A stretch of DNA of 32,000 bases, taken from positions 1-32,000 of the forward strand of contig NZ_FUWK01000017.1 of assembly GCF_900167395.1 (NCBI RefSeq), in the 5' to 3' direction. The position numbers and the translations under genes were made by a program. This stretch comes from Nitrosomonas europaea. GTDB taxonomy: Bacteria > Pseudomonadota > Gammaproteobacteria > Burkholderiales > Nitrosomonadaceae. This document shows positions 27,299 to 32,000 of the stretch, piece by piece (the first letter of the stretch is position 1; each line of letters opens with the position of its first letter). The notes under the pieces were generated by a model. The model was given only the letters and a program-made list of their open reading frames with translations, did no database searches and had not been told where the DNA came from.

Positions 27299-28989
27299 TG
27301 CAGACCAACGTCGCCCTGCCGGATAAACCGGCGATCGATCCGGTTATGCTCAGCCAGGCGCGTGAACAGGCCATCGCTCGCAGCACCTCACTGATCAGAG
27401 TACTGGAAGAAACTTATCAGGGCACGCCAGATGAACTGGTGACTGTACTGGGAGAAGTGCTGCGCATGCCGGTACTGACCATGAATGATCTGTATGCATT
27501 GCATCCGGCTTTTGACAGACTGCCTTTTGCACTGGCTGCCAAACGTGAATGCATGTTGCTGCAGAAACAGGATCAATCGTATCTGCTGGCGGTGAGTGAT
27601 CCTTTCCGGACGGGCCTGCGCGACTGGGTGGAGGAATATGTACCGGTGGATGCATTGTGGCATCTGGTGCATCCGGCAGATCTGGCGGCCTTTTTCGTGC
27701 AGCAGGAACAGACCATGCGTGCGATGGACAATGTGCTGTCTTCTGTTCAGGAAAATCTGATCCAGAGTGGTATCGAGGAGTTATCACTCAAAACGATTCA
27801 CGAAGGGACCAGTCAGGTGGTGCGTCTGGTTCATTCGACCCTGTACGATGCGCATAAATCGCAGGCAAGCGACATTCATCTGGAGACCACGCCGGGCGCA
27901 TTGTCCATCAAATACCGGATCGACGGTGTGCTGACCAGTATAGGCACCATGCAGGAGGCGAATCTGGCCGAGCAGGTGATTTCCCGGATCAAGGTCATGT
28001 CGGATCTGGATATTGCCGAGCGCCGCATTCCGCAGGATGGCCGTTTCAAGGTTTCCATCCAGGGGCGGGAAATCGATTTCCGCGTATCGGTCATGCCGAG
28101 CATTTTTGGGGAAGATGCCGTGTTGCGGATCCTGGATCGTCAGGCGCTGACCGATCATGTCGAAGGATTGACACTGAACCAATTGGGATTCAACGCAACT
28201 TCCATTGCCAGCGTACGCCGGCTCAGCGCGGAGCCGTATGGCATGCTGCTGGTGACCGGGCCGACCGGCAGCGGCAAGACGACTTCGCTGTATGCCGCCA
28301 TTTCGGAAGTCAATCACGGCCATGACAAAATCATTACGATCGAGGATCCAATCGAATATCAGTTGCCTGGTGTATTGCAGATACCGGTCAACGAGAAAAA
28401 GGGGCTGACTTTCGCCCGCGGATTGCGTTCGATTCTGCGGCACGATCCTGACAAAATCATGGTGGGTGAAATTCGCGATGCCGAAACGGCACAGATTGCA
28501 ATTCAGGCTGCACTCACGGGGCATCTGGTCTTTACCACGGTTCATGCCAACAACGTGTTTGACGTGATTGGCCGGTTTGCACACATGGGTGTTGACCCTT
28601 ACAGTTTTGTTTCGGCACTGAATGGCATCGTGGCGCAGCGGCTGGTGCGCCTGCTGTGCCCGAATTGCATGGTTGCAGAACAGCCGGATCAGCAGATGAT
28701 CGCAGATTCGGGGATTACCCCGGAACAGGCAGAGCAGTTCGATTTTCGCTCTGCCAAAGGGTGCGGCCATTGCCGGGGTAGCGGTTATCGCGGGCGCAGC
28801 GCAATTGCTGAGATTTTGCTGCTGAATGATGAAATCCGTGAGCTGATCATTGCGCAGGCACCAATTCGTCGCATCAAGGAGGCAGCCCGGCTCAACGGCA
28901 CCCGTTTCTTGCGTGAAGCGGCGCTGGATATGGTTAAAACCGGACAGACCAGCTTACAGGAGGCCAATCGTGTCACTGTCGTGGCGTAA
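27298..28989 (+). CDS. gspE: Type II secretion ATPase GspE family
   Basis: The start ATG overlaps the gspF stop (TGATG); the track start 27184 lies inside gspF. Walker A is GPTGSGKTT, followed by Asp and His boxes. The tetracysteine motif CPNC...CGHC is typical of GspE/PilB. Confidence 0.9.
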   Translation: MQTNVALPDKPAIDPVMLSQAREQAIARSTSLIRVLEETYQGTPDELVTVLGEVLRMPVLTMNDLYALHPAFDRLPFALAAKRECMLLQKQDQSYLLAVSDPFRTGLRDWVEEYVPVDALWHLVHPADLAAFFVQQEQTMRAMDNVLSSVQENLIQSGIEELSLKTIHEGTSQVVRLVHSTLYDAHKSQASDIHLETTPGALSIKYRIDGVLTSIGTMQEANLAEQVISRIKVMSDLDIAERRIPQDGRFKVSIQGREIDFRVSVMPSIFGEDAVLRILDRQALTDHVEGLTLNQLGFNATSIASVRRLSAEPYGMLLVTGPTGSGKTTSLYAAISEVNHGHDKIITIEDPIEYQLPGVLQIPVNEKKGLTFARGLRSILRHDPDKIMVGEIRDAETAQIAIQAALTGHLVFTTVHANNVFDVIGRFAHMGVDPYSFVSALNGIVAQRLVRLLCPNCMVAEQPDQQMIADSGITPEQAEQFDFRSAKGCGHCRGSGYRGRSAIAEILLLNDEIRELIIAQAPIRRIKEAARLNGTRFLREAALDMVKTGQTSLQEANRVTVVA

Positions 28990-29815
28990 TCGGATTCAGA
29001 TTTTTCTGGCTCCGGATCGGGTCGATCTGACGGGGATTGCACGCGGTATCAGGCCTGTGCAGCAGTTCAGGCAATCAGGCGTGTGTGTTCAGGAAAATGA
29101 TTCAAGACAGCAGTGGAAAGCGCCTCTGCGATTGCTGGAACAGATGATCGGACAGATGGATGATCGTTTCAGGCGGGGTAGCGAGTTGCATATCACGCTA
29201 TCCAATCACTTCGTTCGCTATGGTGTCATCGCACCGCAGCCTTCCCTGGCGAATCCGGATGAATTGATGGCTTATGCCGGTTTCCAGATGCGCGAAATTT
29301 ACGGTGAACGTATCGATGACTGGGAACTCAGCCTGAGTACCTGGGACCCTTATGGCGGCGCATTGTGTGCGGCCATCGCACGCGATTTGCAGTCAGAGCT
29401 GATAATGTTCGCCCGGCAATACGATACCCGGTTTGCGTGCATAGAACCTTATCTTGCTGCGGCGCTGGATCACTGGTCGAAGCGGCTGGTTGAAAAGCAG
29501 GTGTGGTTTGTTCTGGTGGAAACAGGGCGGTTCTGCCTGGTTGTGCTGTCCGAGGGCGCCTGGCGTTGTGCACGCAACCAGAGAGTCGTGGAGAATCTGC
29601 AGGAAGAACTGTTGGCAGCACTGGAACAGGAATCGATCATTCTCAGCCCGGATCGGTCGGTAGAGCGGGTGTATGTGTTCGCTCCCGAATTGACCGGACA
29701 GTTACCGGTGCATGATCTCCGCTGGCAGTTCGTACGCCTGCCAGATGAAAAACATCCCGCACCTTCGTATTTTCCCGGGGTAACAGGAATGGATGACAGC
29801 CAGAATCATGCGTAG
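28970..29815 (+). CDS. PilM / GspL-cytoplasmic-domain-like assembly protein
   Basis: GTG 28970 is preceded by CAGGAGG and overlaps the gspE 3' end. The product is 281 aa with no TM segment. Function is assigned from position (immediately before a PilN-like gene) and size, not from a motif I can name. Confidence 0.5.
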   Translation: MSLSWRNRIQIFLAPDRVDLTGIARGIRPVQQFRQSGVCVQENDSRQQWKAPLRLLEQMIGQMDDRFRRGSELHITLSNHFVRYGVIAPQPSLANPDELMAYAGFQMREIYGERIDDWELSLSTWDPYGGALCAAIARDLQSELIMFARQYDTRFACIEPYLAAALDHWSKRLVEKQVWFVLVETGRFCLVVLSEGAWRCARNQRVVENLQEELLAALEQESIILSPDRSVERVYVFAPELTGQLPVHDLRWQFVRLPDEKHPAPSYFPGVTGMDDSQNHA

Positions 29816-30344
29816 TCTGAAACTGAATTTCCCCTACCGCAGGCAGCAGATTCCACTGGTGGATTATCTGCTGCTGTTTCTGGGAATGGTGCTGCTGCTT
29901 GCAGTGATGTATACGCTCAAGCAGACCATGTCGAAAATCACGTACTGGGAAGCACGCGAGGCGCGCATCGTTCAGCAGCAGAAACACACCAGGCAGCCCC
30001 GAACGCCGATGGCGCGCATCAATAAAGCCACACAGCAGGAGCTTAAACAGGCGGATGATATTCTGCGCCAGCTCAATCTACCCTGGGAAGCGTTGTTCGA
30101 TGCGCTGGAACTGGCTGCCAGCGAGCAGATTGCACTGCTGTCGCTGCAGCCCAGTGTTACCGGTCAGACCATCCGTATTACGGGTGAAGCGCGAGATCTT
30201 GCCGCTCTGGTGGAGTATGTCCAGGCACTCGAACTGGAGCCGGTACTGAAAAATGCGCATTTGGCCAGCTATAAAGCCCGGCAGGATCATCTACGCCGTC
30301 CCATTGTTTTTTCAATCATTGCAACGTGGCACGAATCGCTTTAG
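29808..30344 (+). CDS. PilN-like (GspL C-terminal half-like) bitopic membrane protein
   Basis: ATG 29808 overlaps the upstream stop. The N-terminus MRSLKLNFPYRRQQ resembles the conserved PilN INLLPxR motif. A single TM (LLLFLGMVLLLAVMY) and a periplasmic domain follow. Confidence 0.6.
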   Translation: MRSLKLNFPYRRQQIPLVDYLLLFLGMVLLLAVMYTLKQTMSKITYWEAREARIVQQQKHTRQPRTPMARINKATQQELKQADDILRQLNLPWEALFDALELAASEQIALLSLQPSVTGQTIRITGEARDLAALVEYVQALELEPVLKNAHLASYKARQDHLRRPIVFSIIATWHESL

Positions 30345-30880
30345 AAAACTGGCTGGTCAGGGCACGTTGGCAGGTTACCCGTCTGGGGACCGTCGGCCGG
30401 GCAGGGGCGGGATTGCTCGTGTTGACGCTGGTATTTTTTATAGCGGCAGTCATGCCCCAGAAGGAGCGCCTGAAAGAGCTGAAAAGCAAAGTACAGGTAA
30501 TGCAGCAGGCACAGCCTGATTCTGCCGGGCAGACAAAGCTGAACAATAATCAGGCATTGCAGGTTTTTTATGATTTCCTTCCGCGCAGTGATTCTTCCCC
30601 TTACTGGATCAGTGAACTCGACAGGATCGCCAAAGACAGTGGTGTGGAGCTGAATAGCAGTGATTGCCGGCTGAAGGTGGAAAAAGAATCGAAACTGGTA
30701 CGTTATGAGATTCAATTGCCGTTGCGCGGGACCTATCCCCAGATTCGCGCATTCATTGCAAGCGCATTGCAGGCCGTGCCGGCACTCGCGCTGGCTGATA
30801 TCATCATCAGGCGCGAAACCATACAGGCTGGCAGAGTGGATGCGCGCCTGAACATGCACCTTTATCTGAATGACTACTAA
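30326..30880 (+). CDS. PilO / GspM-like bitopic membrane protein
   Basis: 184 aa. TM segment GLLVLTLVFFIAAV, then a coiled-coil-like segment KERLKELKSKVQVMQQAQ and an alpha/beta periplasmic domain. Position follows the PilN-like gene. The GTG start is uncertain. Confidence 0.55.
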   Translation: MARIALENWLVRARWQVTRLGTVGRAGAGLLVLTLVFFIAAVMPQKERLKELKSKVQVMQQAQPDSAGQTKLNNNQALQVFYDFLPRSDSSPYWISELDRIAKDSGVELNSSDCRLKVEKESKLVRYEIQLPLRGTYPQIRAFIASALQAVPALALADIIIRRETIQAGRVDARLNMHLYLNDY

Positions 30881-30971
30881 GCATTTATCTTCGTTATCCA
30901 AATCACTTCTGGCAGTCCTGGCGGCCGTGTTCTCCAACCTGCTTCATTGCCGGGTTTTCAGTGGAATCTGA
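30870..30971 (+). CDS. Candidate 33-aa membrane mini-protein (weak call)
   Basis: My translation reads MTTKHLSSLSKSLLAVLAAVFSNLLHCRVFSGI*. Its ATG overlaps the PilO-like stop (aATGACTACTAA) and its TGA ends 1 nt before ATG 30973 of the next gene. It is too short for the ORF track. Confidence 0.25.
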   Translation: MTTKHLSSLSKSLLAVLAAVFSNLLHCRVFSGI

Positions 30972-30972
30972 C

Positions 30973-31530
30973 ATGGCCGGCACACTTTACCGGAAACTGA
31001 TTCTCTGGGGTGCTCTGGCGGCTACCGTACTGGCTGCGTTGCTGGTCGATGAGGGGACTGAGTTATCCGTGGATGATGTGGTGCAGCCGGCAGTGGATAT
31101 TTCCGCTGACAGGCGTACTGCCGGACAAACCCGACAAATACGGCAAACACACGAAACATTACCGGTCGATCAGCTGGGAAAACGGAAATTCAGCGCCAAG
31201 GCGGACGATATATTCGCTGTGACGTCCTGGGAGCCCAAACGTACTGCATCTACTGATTTTAACCCGCAGATCTTCCAGCCTCGGAAGGAGGAGGTGGTAA
31301 GGCGGCCATCCGCGCCACCATTGCAGTTCGAATATCTGGGCCGGGTCGTTTCCGAAGGGAAGATCCGGGTCTTTCTCGCCCAGGCAGATCAGAATTATGT
31401 TGCCGGTGCGGGGGAGCGGATCGGCACTGAATACCGGATCGACCGGATCCGGGAAGATACGATCGAACTGACTTATCTTCCGCTGGGTATCAGACAGACA
31501 TTGACTATCGATCAGGGAACCTTTGATTAA
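30973..31530 (+). CDS. PilP / GspC-like periplasmic protein
   Basis: N-terminal TM/signal anchor LILWGALAATVLAALLV, a low-complexity linker, and a C-terminal beta domain (FEYLGRVVSEGKIRVFLAQADQNYVAGAGERIGTEYRIDRIREDTIELTY) with the PilP/GspC-HR pattern. GTG 30961 is an alternative start. The last four codons and the stop lie inside MITE copy C. Confidence 0.55.
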   Translation: MAGTLYRKLILWGALAATVLAALLVDEGTELSVDDVVQPAVDISADRRTAGQTRQIRQTHETLPVDQLGKRKFSAKADDIFAVTSWEPKRTASTDFNPQIFQPRKEEVVRRPSAPPLQFEYLGRVVSEGKIRVFLAQADQNYVAGAGERIGTEYRIDRIREDTIELTYLPLGIRQTLTIDQGTFD

Positions 31531-31624
31531 GTCCTCCATGAGCCGCATTGCAGGCAAAATCGTGATGATCGCAAGAAGCGCGACAAAGGTTGTAGCTATT
31601 GGGACTTGATCAGAGGTTCCTTAA
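31516..31624. mobile_element. MITE-like inverted-repeat element, copy C (subfamily 2)
   Basis: The left end GGAACCTTTGATTAAGTCCTCCATGAGCCGCA is nearly identical to the copy B left end. The right end reverse-complements to GGAACCTCTGATCAAGTCCCAATAGCTACA (to 31620). TTAA lies on the right flank (31621-31624). About 105 bp. Confidence 0.75.
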
Positions 31625-31642
31625 ATATCTGGAAAAGTGGGG

Positions 31643-32000
31643 ATGAATACAACAAAAAGAATCTTGATATTGCTGCTGCTCGCATTGATCACCGGTTGTG
31701 CGATGCATACGACGCGAAATCCATCTTTTCTGGAAGGAAAACGGTTGATTGCAGAAGGGCGGCTGGAAGAGGGTCTGGGCAAGCTGGAACAGGCCGCTCG
31801 TGAGGAACCGGATGATAGAGAAGTCGGTGCGACGCTGGCCAGGGAACGTGACACCATCATCGGCCAGATTCTGTTCGAGGCGGATAACGCCCGGCTGGCT
31901 GGCAATCTGGATCAGGCCGAGCAGAATTATCAGCGTGTACTGAATATCAGGGCCAGTAGTGAACGTGCCCGGGAAGGATTGGATGCGGTTGATCTGGAGC
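31643..32000 (+). CDS. Lipoprotein with TPR-like N-terminal region, partial; probably the N-terminus of the cluster's secretin or its TPR partner
   Basis: My translation reads MNTTKRILILLLLALITGCAMHTTRNPSFLEGKRLIAEGRLEEGLGKLEQAAREEPDDREV...NLDQAEQNYQRVLNI, with lipobox ITGC and TPR-like helices. It runs off the window. The secretin identity is inferred from synteny only. Confidence 0.6.
   Translation, partial: MNTTKRILILLLLALITGCAMHTTRNPSFLEGKRLIAEGRLEEGLGKLEQAAREEPDDREVGATLARERDTIIGQILFEADNARLAGNLDQAEQNYQRVLNIRASSERAREGLDAVDLE

Noticed and set aside
27784-28770. 328-aa minus-strand ORF
   Set aside because: It is antisense to gspE, with no motifs.
1-32000. CRISPR arrays, rRNA genes, tRNA genes, prophage or defence-island gene content
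   Set aside because: I found no regularly spaced direct repeats, no rRNA- or tRNA-like sequence, and no nuclease, helicase or methylase clusters apart from the single PIN TA locus.

Overview
Chromosomal segment of a roughly 50% GC proteobacterium. Gene content and order look betaproteobacterial, possibly Nitrosomonas-like, but I cannot verify that without a search. Most of the window is housekeeping. On the minus strand: a lipoprotein, mtgA, aroE, a TonB-family gene and an RNase II-family gene. On the plus strand: gltX, metH, gdhA, slt and cca. An ABC exporter and dapF follow on the minus strand. Six parts are irregular. (1) A partial IS5-family element sits at the left edge; its transposase frame is not in the ORF track. 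(2) An enolase 5' gene fragment lies directly upstream of the RNase II-family gene, beside about 650 bp of unexplained non-coding DNA. (3) A family of MITE-like inverted-repeat elements, some flanked by TTAA, has three copies plus one possible remnant. One copy supplies the stop codon of a secretion gene. (4) An intact PIN toxin gene has a frameshifted antitoxin partner. (5) A fecI-fecR-TonB-dependent transducer locus is compositionally mosaic and carries three lesions: an in-frame TGA in fecR, a MITE insertion, and a frameshift inside a T10 homopolymer in the receptor. (6) A non-canonical type II secretion cluster has gspG-gspF-gspE followed by PilM/PilN/PilO/PilP-like genes and a TPR lipoprotein. 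I saw no rRNA, tRNA or CRISPR array. I found no convincing novel defence or enzymatic system; the most unusual material is in items 2 to 6. All calls rest on reading the translations and sequence by eye. Start codons are best guesses and no database search was possible.
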